DNA from: a virus
Lineage: Duplodnaviria > Caudoviricetes
Length of the DNA stretch: 34,919 nt
IMG/VR virus record: IMGVR_UViG_3300027653_000036
Coordinates: 1-34,919 of that record
Strand: one strand, 5' to 3'
Of the stretch, positions 1-8,251 are shown in pieces (the first letter of the stretch is position 1; the number at the start of each line of letters is the position of its first letter). The notes below the pieces were generated by a model. That model saw only the letters and a program-made list of their open reading frames with translations. It ran no database searches and was not told the origin of the DNA. The translations under genes were made by a program, and so were the position numbers.

Positions 1-763
1 CCTCCTTGGATTCAGACCACTTGGATTTTCCCATATCGTCCCAAACGAGAACGTCAACTTTTATCGCATCGCTGATGATTCTGTTTAATGTTTCTCCACC
101 ATCACCCATCATTCGTGCACTTGTTAAATCTTCCATGAAGGTAATGTCTGATACACAAAGCACTCGACATCCACGTTCATATCTTGAATATTGTCCTGGT
201 GCTATTTCGTCACGAATTTTAACATTGTTCAAAATCCACTTAGCGGCTGCAATTTGCAAATGTGTTTTTCCGAGTCCAAAGTTATTATGCTTATCTTTTG
301 CGACATACCTTGCTTCACCTTGCATGGATCTGATTCTGCTTTCTCCTAGTACGGCAATAAACCCTAAGCTATTATGCTTGTCTCCTGTTCTAAGAATTTC
401 GTTGAATGATTTTAAATATTCTTGTGTTGCTTCAAACAATGTTTTTGTTGTGTTGTCGAAAATTTCGTAATTATCAAATCTAGCATTTTTAAATTCATCT
501 GGAATGAGTGCATTTTTGAATCTATTTTTAAGACTTTTCTTTTCAACGCAGTGACACGGACGACCAAAATCTTTTTCAATAACATTTCCGTAATATTCGA
601 CTTCTTTAGATTCGATAATCATGCCAGTATCGCTACAATCTTTGCATTCAACGGTTGAAGGTTCTTCTTGCGAGTTCTGCTTCTCGTATTGCTTGCTCAT
701 AGCTTGTGCCCTTTTTAAAACCTCTTGCATCGCTGTTCCTAAGTCCGTGAATCCGTGTGACAT
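1..763 (-). CDS. dnaC: DnaC/IstB-like helicase loader ATPase (3' end beyond window)
   Basis: Not in the ORF track. Manual translation from ATG 763 (RBS AGGAGG) gives MSHGFTDLG...CKDC...CHC (Zn site), Walker A GLGKTHL and Walker B VLVWDDMG. It follows the initiator. Confidence 0.88.
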   Translation of the reverse strand, partial: MSHGFTDLGTAMQEVLKRAQAMSKQYEKQNSQEEPSTVECKDCSDTGMIIESKEVEYYGNVIEKDFGRPCHCVEKKSLKNRFKNALIPDEFKNARFDNYEIFDNTTKTLFEATQEYLKSFNEILRTGDKHNSLGFIAVLGESRIRSMQGEARYVAKDKHNNFGLGKTHLQIAAAKWILNNVKIRDEIAPGQYSRYERGCRVLCVSDITFMEDLTSARMMGDGGETLNRIISDAIKVDVLVWDDMGKSKWSESKE

Positions 764-1517
764 TGTTTTTTCCCTCCTGTTCTTTGTAATGACGATCGAA
801 TATATAACCCACACAATATTCGAGACTGTTAATCGTGTCTCGCTTGTGTTTCTTTCTACTCTCATAATCAACGAAACAATCTTCTAAATATTTAATAACG
901 TCTTTTAAAGGTATTTGTTCTTTCGCAATTTCTTCAGCTGCCATTTCGTCTTTAGGACTAAAATGCATTGATTTTTTTAGTTGCATATATTTATTTAAAA
1001 TTGCTAATTTCACATCATCCGAATTTTGAAAATCCTCGTGCGTATCAGCAGCAGTAATATTATTATCATTATTAGAATTATTAACATTATTGTTTGTGGA
1101 CATTTGTTGGTCATCTGTTGGACTTTTGATGGACAATTGATGGTCAGTTTCTTGGACAACTTTATTAAACACACCTTGATAAGTATCATAGTTATCAATG
1201 GTTACAATGGAATATTTGTTGGTGCTTTCGATGGTCAACATTCCCCATGTTTCGAAGTTTTGTAAGTACCTAAACCAAGTCCTGTTATTTAAGCGTTGTT
1301 TCGGTTTTACTCCACGATTCATTTCTTCTGACAGAGCGTTTCTACCAGTGATGAACTGACCTCTTTTCAATTTAACTATTTCATTTCCAATTAGTTGCTC
1401 ACGATCTTTATGAGATGCTTCAAACAGACAGTGTATCCAAAGTTTTAAATAATTCGGATCAGTCCATACTGGATTATCTTTCAATTTACGGTGTAAACTT
1501 ATAAAACCTTTACTCAA
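648..1517 (-). CDS. Phage replication initiator (replisome organizer/DnaD-like)
   Basis: GFISLHRKL...LKLWIHCL...RGQFITGR N-terminus, Asn-rich linker with iterons, upstream of the loader. The TTG start at 1517 has RBS GAGGTG and is preferred over the track start at 1670. Confidence 0.85.
   Translation of the reverse strand: MSKGFISLHRKLKDNPVWTDPNYLKLWIHCLFEASHKDREQLIGNEIVKLKRGQFITGRNALSEEMNRGVKPKQRLNNRTWFRYLQNFETWGMLTIESTNKYSIVTIDNYDTYQGVFNKVVQETDHQLSIKSPTDDQQMSTNNNVNNSNNDNNITAADTHEDFQNSDDVKLAILNKYMQLKKSMHFSPKDEMAAEEIAKEQIPLKDVIKYLEDCFVDYESRKKHKRDTINSLEYCVGYIFDRHYKEQEGKNNVTRIHGLRNSDARGFKKGTSYEQAIREAELARRTFNR
1056..1158. repeat. Putative replication origin: five ~11-bp tandem iterons next to an AT-rich tract
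   Basis: TTTGTTGGTCA, TCTGTTGGACT, TTTGATGGACA, ATTGATGGTCA, GTTTCTTGGACA at 1103-1158, beside AT-rich 1056-1095 inside the initiator gene. Confidence 0.7.
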
Positions 1518-1530
1518 CTTTTTCACCTCT

Positions 1531-1693
1531 CTATCTGCCAATCTCACAAATCGCAAACCCGTCTTTAACTTTTTAATGGTATAATTCGGATACCTACGCA
1601 TATAATCTAGTACAAGCTGTCTTAATAACTTTTTATCGTCCCCTGCCTTCTCGAAAATCCAAGAAGGCAAAAGGACTCTTTTATGTTATGCAT
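1531..1693 (-). pseudogene. Frameshifted small phage gene (MHKRVLLPSWIFEK...KVKDGFAICEIGR)
   Basis: ATG 1693 with GGAG RBS. A CATAA duplication breaks the frame; a second shift in the A-run near 1570 gives a frame ending at TAG 1531-1533, right at the initiator RBS. Confidence 0.5.
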
Positions 1694-2501
1694 AAATTAA
1701 ATCTCCAACTTCAATTTCTCCGTTTAGCTTTTTGGTAGACCTACAATACTCACATTTTTCACAACGTTCCGGCTCAATTTTTCCGTTTTTGACATCCAAT
1801 ATCCGTTCAATCGTTCCTTCAACATACTGATATTCAAAGTCGAATCTTGATTCATCAAAATATACAACTGCTTTATTTGGTATTTTTTCTTTACTTACTG
1901 CGACAATATAAGGTGTGTAAAGCTCCCCTGTGTTTTGTTCGATGATTTTGCGATATATAGCCATCTGGAGAAGATAATCCCACTTTTCGATGAAAGATAC
2001 CCAACCGTCATATTTCTCGCTCCAATGACGCTCAAATATGTTTCTAGTAGTCTTTATATCTGCAAATCTCTTAGCTTGGTGATTAATAACGTCTACTTTC
2101 ATTTTCCAATCACAACCGAATAGATTAGCAGTCAGAATTTGTTCTTTTTCTCCATCGAGTGCAAACATTGCAAATTCATCGTTTTTAAGTGCTTCAATCA
2201 TTCTGTCCGCTTGTTCATAATCTGCATATTTGCCACCGTTTTTCTTGAAAATAACGCTGTTGTTTTCTTCTAAAAACTCATTGAATACTTCATCACTTTC
2301 GAATGCTGCATGAACGTAACTTCCAACTAACATTGCTGCATTTGGTGGATCATCATATTCTCCGTTTAAAACAGCCATCGTTTTAGCTTCACACTCTAAA
2401 AAGTTTTTGAATTGGGAGACGGACATATATTGCCTGTCCACCTCCAAAGAATAATAGTTACTCGATGTCAAATTCGGCTTGTTCTCCGTTACTGTCGCCA
2501 T
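1686..2501 (-). CDS. PD-(D/E)XK exonuclease (DUF3799/YqaJ-like recombination nuclease)
   Basis: MSVSQFK, GSYVH, K.D...DIKT and Y..QMAIY motifs, C-terminal CEKCEYC. Confidence 0.85.
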   Translation of the reverse strand: MATVTENKPNLTSSNYYSLEVDRQYMSVSQFKNFLECEAKTMAVLNGEYDDPPNAAMLVGSYVHAAFESDEVFNEFLEENNSVIFKKNGGKYADYEQADRMIEALKNDEFAMFALDGEKEQILTANLFGCDWKMKVDVINHQAKRFADIKTTRNIFERHWSEKYDGWVSFIEKWDYLLQMAIYRKIIEQNTGELYTPYIVAVSKEKIPNKAVVYFDESRFDFEYQYVEGTIERILDVKNGKIEPERCEKCEYCRSTKKLNGEIEVGDLIYA

Positions 2502-3375
2502 CCTCTTTCACGTCCTTTTTAGGCTCGTTTTTGGGTTTCTGTGCATTCTTGGTATCTTTGGCCTGCTCTTTCTTAAACGCTTCAGATAGATCGGATTTAC
2601 TTTCCTTTTTAACCTCTTTAGAGAACCAGTCATCAACCTTTGACATACCATCTTTTAACGAGTTGAATATTTTCACTAAATCAAGTAAATCCCTTTCGGT
2701 AAATGCATCGATGTTGTAACCAAATCGTTCCTCGATTTGCTCTTGGGTAACTCGATATTGCTCTTTAAATCCACTCAATGCTCTAGCTAAACGGTCTTTT
2801 AAAGGACTTTCGTTTGTACCCGCCAATGTTCTGTTACATTCTGCGACTGCTTTTTCTACTATGTCACCTGGTATTATTCCGAGGATGCACGCCCTTAATC
2901 TTCTTGCTCCGTTATTTGCTACTAATTCATAAATATCTCGTGGATCATCAAGTTTTCTAATCTTTCCTCTAGCTTTTCGGCTGTGTGGAACAGTGAATAC
3001 TTTTTCTTCCCTAACGTTTGTTTCTAAATCCCACGCATAAGCCATAGCAACTGACTCCCCGGGACGTTGTTCTAACTCTTTAATGCCAAACGCAAGGTTT
3101 CCCCAATTTTGTGCTAGAACTTCAGCTAAACGAATACTGGGACCTTCAACTTTAGTTCCACCTCTTGGATAACTGTAGATAGCCGTTTCAGCTAAACTCG
3201 GACGTTTACACGCATCTAGAATTCGTTGTTCAGACTGAAATACGTTTCTTGGAAATTGCCTTGCCATAAAAATTTGACCCTTTACTTCCTCCATTTCTCG
3301 ACTTGCAGATGACTGTGCCATAACTCCGTTTTGGTGATTTTCCTGTTGATTAAATTGCTGTTGTAGTTCGCTCAT
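2458..3375 (-). CDS. Probable single-strand annealing/recombination protein
   Basis: 305 aa with FPR, GPSIRLAE..A..WGN and AWDLETN motifs and a charged disordered tail. It sits directly upstream of the exonuclease; function inferred from synteny. Confidence 0.55.
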   Translation of the reverse strand: MSELQQQFNQQENHQNGVMAQSSASREMEEVKGQIFMARQFPRNVFQSEQRILDACKRPSLAETAIYSYPRGGTKVEGPSIRLAEVLAQNWGNLAFGIKELEQRPGESVAMAYAWDLETNVREEKVFTVPHSRKARGKIRKLDDPRDIYELVANNGARRLRACILGIIPGDIVEKAVAECNRTLAGTNESPLKDRLARALSGFKEQYRVTQEQIEERFGYNIDAFTERDLLDLVKIFNSLKDGMSKVDDWFSKEVKKESKSDLSEAFKKEQAKDTKNAQKPKNEPKKDVKEDGDSNGEQAEFDIE

Positions 3376-3547
3376 TGATTAATTCCTCCCACTCTTTTTG
3401 AGACTGTTTACGAAAAACATCATCAACTTTTTTCAAATCATCTATAGTTCCTGTAACTGCAATTGTTGAAGCGACAGCACCAAATGCAGTCAGTGAATCG
3501 TGCTTACGATCTATCAATCGTTTATATTGCTCAACAAATACGTTCAT
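3350..3547 (-). CDS. Hypothetical protein
   Basis: 65 aa with strong RBS AGGAGGAG. Confidence 0.75.
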   Translation of the reverse strand: MNVFVEQYKRLIDRKHDSLTAFGAVASTIAVTGTIDDLKKVDDVFRKQSQKEWEELINERTTTAI

Positions 3548-3562
3548 TCGTTCTCCTCCTAT

Positions 3563-3602
3563 ATTTTCCTGCCCTCATGTGGTATAATGAGAGCAGGAAA
3601 AT
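3563..3602 (+). promoter_or_regulatory. Antisense extended -10 promoter embedded in a 16-bp inverted repeat
   Basis: TGnTATAAT at 3580-3588; arms ATTTTCCTGCCCTCAT / ATGAGAGCAGGAAAAT. Confidence 0.55.
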
Positions 3603-3622
3603 GAATTTATGTGGATTTTTGA

Positions 3623-3648
3623 GACCCTTTTTTAAGGGTTCTTTTTTT
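3623..3648 (+). terminator. Intrinsic terminator
   Basis: GACCCTT..AAGGGTT stem followed by a T7 run. Confidence 0.65.
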
Positions 3649-3859
3649 ATACAATTCTTCTTTCTGCTCCGCAGTTCTCTAATATTTCTTCTTCTCTATA
3701 AGACAAATCGTCTATTAAGTAAATATCATCTTCATATACAAATATCTCGTCACCTTCGTAAACGTCATTACCTAATGCATCGATTCCGTAATATCTGCGT
3801 TCTTCATAACCCGCTGGATAGCCTGTTCTTTCGATTTCTTTAATCATTGGATGATCCAT
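3647..3859 (-). CDS. YqaI-like phage protein
   Basis: MDHPMIKEIERTGYP...DALGNDVYEGD pattern; ATG 3859 with RBS GGGGTG. Confidence 0.65.
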   Translation of the reverse strand: MDHPMIKEIERTGYPAGYEERRYYGIDALGNDVYEGDEIFVYEDDIYLIDDLSYREEEILENCGAERRIV

Positions 3860-3864
3860 TATTT

Positions 3865-4083
3865 TCACCCCCAAGTACCATCTGGATAATATTTGTACCA
3901 CTCATGCTTATAGTGGACTTCAAAACATTTTTCTTTTTGATTGATTTTGACCGACTTTAAATTTTCGATTGAGTGTTTCTCTTTTTCAGCTTCACTCATG
4001 CTCGACAAATGATTATGTCGAATCATACTAAACATTGCTTTTGTCGCTTTGTTAAACTTACTGAAACCTTTCACACTTTCCAT
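3865..4083 (-). CDS. Hypothetical protein
   Basis: 72 aa, RBS GAGGTGA. Confidence 0.75.
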   Translation of the reverse strand: MESVKGFSKFNKATKAMFSMIRHNHLSSMSEAEKEKHSIENLKSVKINQKEKCFEVHYKHEWYKYYPDGTWG

Positions 4084-4087
4084 AAAC

Positions 4088-4264
4088 TCACCTCACTAAC
4101 AAGATTTCTTCTGGCAAAACTCGCCCAGGATTAACGCCTTTATTCTTAAATAGATGATGTCCTTCTTTCGTCGGATATTTCTTGTGCAAAGTCCTTAAAC
4201 AATCCGCTTTGCTACCTTTTGCATAAACCTTATTAGTTCTTAGACCGATCGCTTTGTAGATCAA
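4088..4264 (-). CDS. Hypothetical basic protein (58 aa)
   Basis: Manual ORF MIYKAIGLRTNKVYAKG..., TTG start with RBS AGGAGG; fills the operon gap. Confidence 0.7.
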   Translation of the reverse strand: MIYKAIGLRTNKVYAKGSKADCLRTLHKKYPTKEGHHLFKNKGVNPGRVLPEEILLVR

Positions 4265-4275
4265 CTCAATCCCTC

Positions 4276-4380
4276 CTAAAAACTTTTTATAAAACCGAAT
4301 ATGATGAGCAGGATGATCAGAACCTCAAAACTCGCAATCAACAAATCTCGAAAATTATAATCCTTAAACAAATTTTTCAT
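4276..4380 (-). CDS. Small single-TM membrane protein (34 aa)
   Basis: MKNLFKDYNFRDLLIASFEVLIILLIIFGFIKSF; RBS AAGGGGTG. Confidence 0.6.
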   Translation of the reverse strand: MKNLFKDYNFRDLLIASFEVLIILLIIFGFIKSF

Positions 4381-4443
4381 TCGAACAACACCCCTTTAAT
4401 GTCGTAATAGACACAGACTAATAGTGCCAGCCCTATCCAAACG

Positions 4444-4656
4444 TTAATCGTTAACGCTATTCCCGCCATGCACGATAGAGCCAATGAGGATAACTGTTTC
4501 ATCTGAACTCAACCTTTCTACTTCGTTAATTGATTTGAGTGCGTCTTCAAGTAGCATTCTTGTAAGTCTTAAATTTCCAACCGATACACTAACTCGTGCT
4601 AATTTAATACAGTCGTCAATGCATTTAACCTCTCTTGCGATTAACTGATCTTTCAT
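4444..4656 (-). CDS. Hypothetical protein
   Basis: 70 aa, RBS AGGAGG, ATGA overlap with the upstream gene. Confidence 0.7.
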   Translation of the reverse strand: MKDQLIAREVKCIDDCIKLARVSVSVGNLRLTRMLLEDALKSINEVERLSSDETVILIGSIVHGGNSVND

Positions 4657-4925
4657 AATATCCCTCCTAAAATAGTTAGTGTCATACCTGCATCAATGAT
4701 TTTTTGCAATATGTTTAAGCCATCCATTCCGCATATAAATGCGACCATTACTTCTTGCGATTGCGTATTTGTAACCCATGAATGTAATAATGAAATCGTA
4801 GGCTCTTTAGCGTCGTTCTCGTACTTACTTACATCTGACTGATTAATATGTAGCATGTCCGCCAATTCCTCTTGATTTAATCCTGCACGAGTCCGACAAG
4901 CCTTCAAAATGGCTCCGACCCTCAC
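4653..4925 (-). CDS. XRE-family HTH regulator
   Basis: GLNQEELADMLHINQSDVSKYEN HTH; GTG start with RBS AGGGGGTG. Confidence 0.85.
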   Translation of the reverse strand: MRVGAILKACRTRAGLNQEELADMLHINQSDVSKYENDAKEPTISLLHSWVTNTQSQEVMVAFICGMDGLNILQKIIDAGMTLTILGGIL

Positions 4926-5006
4926 GTTTACACCCCCTTTCAATATTCCGAATTGGAATTTTAATTTGTTTGAAAGCGTAATATAATAGATTCACAACCT
5001 CTTAGA

Positions 5007-5252
5007 TCAAGGCATTAGAATTCTAAGTTTTCCGTAGTTGTCATCTTTGTCTTCCTCACTCTTGGGTTCGTTGATGATTTTCGGTTGAGAACGTTCATAC
5101 ACCCAAGCGTCCACAAGGTCCTTCCTAAACACCCATTTCCGCCTGCCTGGGAATTGAAGGACCGGAAGCCCTCCCTCATGGACGTATTTTCGTAGAGTGT
5201 TAACGTGAACTCCTAGATATGCAGCCGTTTCTTTTGAATCCATATGTTCCAA
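5007..5252 (-). CDS. Excisionase-like HTH (HTH_17/MerR-like)
   Basis: MDSKETAAYLGVHVNTLRKYVHEGGLP...W.FRK.LVDAW pattern. Confidence 0.8.
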   Translation of the reverse strand: MEHMDSKETAAYLGVHVNTLRKYVHEGGLPVLQFPGRRKWVFRKDLVDAWVYERSQPKIINEPKSEEDKDDNYGKLRILMP

Positions 5253-6056
5253 TTAGATCAACTCCTTGTTAGGTTTTATGTTATTTTTTATAGCCATTTC
5301 TTTAACGACTGTTACGTAAATTTCTTTCAATCTGTCATCTTCTGAAATGACATCCATTTTGTTAGCACGGTCAATTGCAGTTTTTGATGCTCCTGCTTTT
5401 CTCATTCGCTCACGTTTGTTTTCTAAGCGAATATCGAGATTACATCTAGCACGATCTTCGAGACGTTTATATGATTCGCTTCTAGTTTCACGGTAAGCAT
5501 CTAACGAATTTTTAGTTTTAGAGATTTTAACTATTAAGTCATTAACTTCTTTTCGCCAGTTCTTTGGATTGATTATGAAAATTTGTCGAACATCTGAAAT
5601 TTCTTGTTTCGCTTCTCGTACTTCATTTTTAACTTCTTTAGTTTCCAATTCTTGTCTAGCTAAAGACTTGAGCATATTGTTCATGATTTGTAGTTCTGGG
5701 CTTAGTTGTGTTGTATCGATGTTGTAGCTACCTGTTTTGCGGATTGATGGTAAAACTTCCGATGTAATCCATTTTCTAAATTTTTTAGCTTCTGGCTTTC
5801 GGCTGTCCAGAATTACATCGTATAGACCATCTTCATCTACATAAGTTGCAATTTGAGTTCTTCCTAACCTATCAACGATGGGGTGATTATAAATCACGTC
5901 ATCATCTAAACGCCTTTTAACTCCTGCAACTTGTCCAAGTCCTAAAATGTTACATAGATCTCTAAGCAAAAACTTTGGTTCACCGTCATTGAAAATTGTT
6001 AATTCTTTACCTTCAAATACTTTTGATATGTGCTCAACTGAATTCAACTGACTCAT
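5253..6056 (-). CDS. BRO-N domain phage antirepressor
   Basis: EDGLYDVILDSRKPEAKKFRKWITSEVLPSIRKTGSY. Confidence 0.9.
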   Translation of the reverse strand: MSQLNSVEHISKVFEGKELTIFNDGEPKFLLRDLCNILGLGQVAGVKRRLDDDVIYNHPIVDRLGRTQIATYVDEDGLYDVILDSRKPEAKKFRKWITSEVLPSIRKTGSYNIDTTQLSPELQIMNNMLKSLARQELETKEVKNEVREAKQEISDVRQIFIINPKNWRKEVNDLIVKISKTKNSLDAYRETRSESYKRLEDRARCNLDIRLENKRERMRKAGASKTAIDRANKMDVISEDDRLKEIYVTVVKEMAIKNNIKPNKELI

Positions 6057-6277
6057 TAAACTGCCTCCTTTTGAATAATTGATAGTGGTGTTAAATTCGT
6101 GAATAAACCTTGCTGTCTTGATTTATTAAATGACTTTTCTGTGTAACCGAAAGCCCAATCTTGACCGTGGTGTTCAAACATTAACTTTTCGGCTTCTTCC
6201 ATCGAATTAGCTATGATCGGTTGAAAATTGTCGCAATGTTTTCGATTGATACCGAATGTGAAGATGTACATATTCAT
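6056..6277 (-). CDS. Hypothetical protein (73 aa)
   Basis: ATG 6277 with RBS AAAGGAGG; MNMYIFTFG...WAFGY. Confidence 0.75.
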   Translation of the reverse strand: MNMYIFTFGINRKHCDNFQPIIANSMEEAEKLMFEHHGQDWAFGYTEKSFNKSRQQGLFTNLTPLSIIQKEAV

Positions 6278-6299
6278 GAGAAAACCTCCTTTCGTATAA

Positions 6300-6554
6300 T
6301 TAAATAACCTGTTCATTTCGCAACGTTTGGTTGCCTGTCGGTTCAAAAAAAATGGTCCACTCAATATCTAATACTTTAGCGATTGACTTAGCTACTTCTA
6401 CGGACGGTCTACGATCACCGTTTTCAATCATTCCGTAAAATTGTCTACTTATACGTTTTCCATTATATGAAGCTAATGCAGCAACCTGTTCATGTGTATA
6501 GTTTTTTTTGGTTCTTGCATCAATTAAAGTTTGTTTTAAATTTTTTTCAGTCAA
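6300..6554 (-). CDS. Cro-like XRE regulator
   Basis: ISRQFYGMIENGDRRPSVEVAKSIA; divergent from the repressor. Confidence 0.88.
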   Translation of the reverse strand: MTEKNLKQTLIDARTKKNYTHEQVAALASYNGKRISRQFYGMIENGDRRPSVEVAKSIAKVLDIEWTIFFEPTGNQTLRNEQVI

Positions 6555-6569
6555 AATGATTCACCCCTT

Positions 6570-6697
6570 TTTCGCAACGTTTGGTTGCCATCTACATACT
6601 ATTATACGCAACTTTAAGTTACTGTCAAGGGTGAATTGCAACTTTTTATTACCTTTTTGTTATATTCCTTTCAAGCAACTGGTTGTTGCATTATAAT
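6570..6697. promoter_or_regulatory. Lysis-lysogeny switch: divergent promoters with four GCAAC-N5-GTTGC-type operators
   Basis: Operators at 6574-6588, 6608-6622, 6638-6652 and 6675-6689. Leftward TTGACA(6628-6623)-16-TATAAT(6606-6601); rightward TATAAT at 6692-6697. Confidence 0.8.
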
Positions 6698-6726
6698 TAT
6701 ATTTAATTAAAGAAAGGGATGATAAA

Positions 6727-7074
6727 ATGTTCCCTGATAGATTGAAAGAATTAAGAATTGAAAAAAAGTTAACTCAACAAGAAATGGCTGACTTTTTAGG
6801 AATAACAAGACAGGGTTATGCTAAATATGAGAACGGTCAAGCTGAGACGGATCTAGAAACTTTGAAGAAGTTAGCAAATTTCTTTGATGTATCTACTGAC
6901 TATTTGACTGGTAATACCGATGATATAGAATTCATGACCGATGAAGAGATCAACGAAGAAATAAAAAAGATTACAAAGGAATTAAATGTTTGGTATAAAG
7001 AAGATCCGAAAAGTAAGCGTGATGAATTAGAAACGCTAAGAGACATAATTAGAGCATACACAAAGAAAAAATGA
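6727..7074 (+). CDS. Immunity repressor (ImmR-like XRE, no S24 peptidase domain)
   Basis: LTQQEMADFLGITRQGYAKYENG...FFDVSTDYLTG; linked to ImmA. Confidence 0.9.
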   Translation: MFPDRLKELRIEKKLTQQEMADFLGITRQGYAKYENGQAETDLETLKKLANFFDVSTDYLTGNTDDIEFMTDEEINEEIKKITKELNVWYKEDPKSKRDELETLRDIIRAYTKKK

Positions 7075-7168
7075 CACCACGATCGACATCACAGTTGTTT
7101 GTGGTGTATTATTTTAACTATACATATCCAATATTTAACTAAGTTGGAAAATGCATAAGGAGGATTGC

Positions 7169-7639
7169 ATGAGGAAAATATCGTTCTTTCTCTTATTAAT
7201 ACTATTGGTAGGTTGTTCTAGTTCTAGTGTTACAGAAGGAATACCAATTGAAACGGTTAAAGATAATTGGCATCAAAACACAGATCATTTAGGGCACGAT
7301 TTAGAGTTAGGTGAACTGAATGAAGAGAACTTGACCAGAATTGGTGATGAACCAAACTTGCTATTTGGAGTGGATGACCCAGAAAATGTAACTGAAATTC
7401 AAATCATTTCAAGGAGTGGGCACTCTTCGGAAAACTTGGATAAGATGATTGCTATTATGGGGGCTTTAATAACTACGCTTGATGATGATTTAACTATGAG
7501 TATTGATGATATTGATTATATAGAGAATTGGTTAGTTAACAACGAAAACAAAGATTTAAATGACCACCATTTTCGAGTTGACGGTGATATTGAAGACACA
7601 CATTATATATTTGCCTATGTTAATCATAACAAAGAGTAA
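7169..7639 (+). CDS. Lipoprotein, possible superinfection exclusion
   Basis: MRKISFFLLLILLVG|C lipobox; RBS AAGGAGG; lies in the lysogeny module. Confidence 0.75.
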   Translation: MRKISFFLLLILLVGCSSSSVTEGIPIETVKDNWHQNTDHLGHDLELGELNEENLTRIGDEPNLLFGVDDPENVTEIQIISRSGHSSENLDKMIAIMGALITTLDDDLTMSIDDIDYIENWLVNNENKDLNDHHFRVDGDIEDTHYIFAYVNHNKE

Positions 7640-7676
7640 GCCACGCATTTCTTTTTTAATTCTTTAACTCTATTCA

Positions 7677-7703
7677 GGTATACACAGAACTGTATACCTT
7701 TTC
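7677..7703 (+). terminator. Intrinsic terminator
   Basis: AGGTATACA..TGTATACCT followed by a T run. Confidence 0.6.
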
Positions 7704-7717
7704 TTGTACAATTAAAT

Positions 7718-7731
7718 AGAACATACATTCC
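7718..7731. promoter_or_regulatory. Putative LexA (Cheo) box upstream of immA
   Basis: AGAACATACATTCC versus the Bacillus consensus GAAC-N4-GTTC (1 mismatch). Confidence 0.5.
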
Positions 7732-7747
7732 GTTAGGTGGTGATTGA

Positions 7748-8251
7748 ATGAATCATACCGAAAGATTTATTGCTCGATTCTATCAATCTATAAACAAAAC
7801 GCAGCCAGAAAATTTAACGATCGAGTGTATTTCTGACAAGTTAAACATTGAAGTATGCTATTGGCATCGATCAAGTGCGATGTCTGAGCTAAACGGTGAG
7901 TATATGCTGTTTATAAATGAAAAATTAAGCGAACAGCAACAATGGCAAGAGTTTGGGCATGAGATGTGTCACTATTTTCGTGATCGTTCTAATAGAAATC
8001 TTTTGTTTAGTAGTTTTGTAGATTATAGCGAAACAAAAGCAGATTATTTTGCGTATCATTTCTGCGTGCCAACTTTTATGTTATGTGAAATTAAAGGAGT
8101 TGATGTGTATGACGTGATGAATCTATTTAATGTCGAGTTTGATTTTGCACTACGGCGATTAGAGATGTACCAAAACAAGATTTTAAGCAGGAGTGAAAAG
8201 TTATGGCAAAAGGACATGCACGACCGCGTGGAAACGGCAAATGGCAATTAG
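7748..8251 (+). CDS. immA: ImmA/IrrE-family metalloprotease (anti-repressor)
   Basis: HEMCH (HExxH) motif plus ETKADYFA; lies between the repressor and the integrase. Confidence 0.9.
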   Translation: MNHTERFIARFYQSINKTQPENLTIECISDKLNIEVCYWHRSSAMSELNGEYMLFINEKLSEQQQWQEFGHEMCHYFRDRSNRNLLFSSFVDYSETKADYFAYHFCVPTFMLCEIKGVDVYDVMNLFNVEFDFALRRLEMYQNKILSRSEKLWQKDMHDRVETANGN

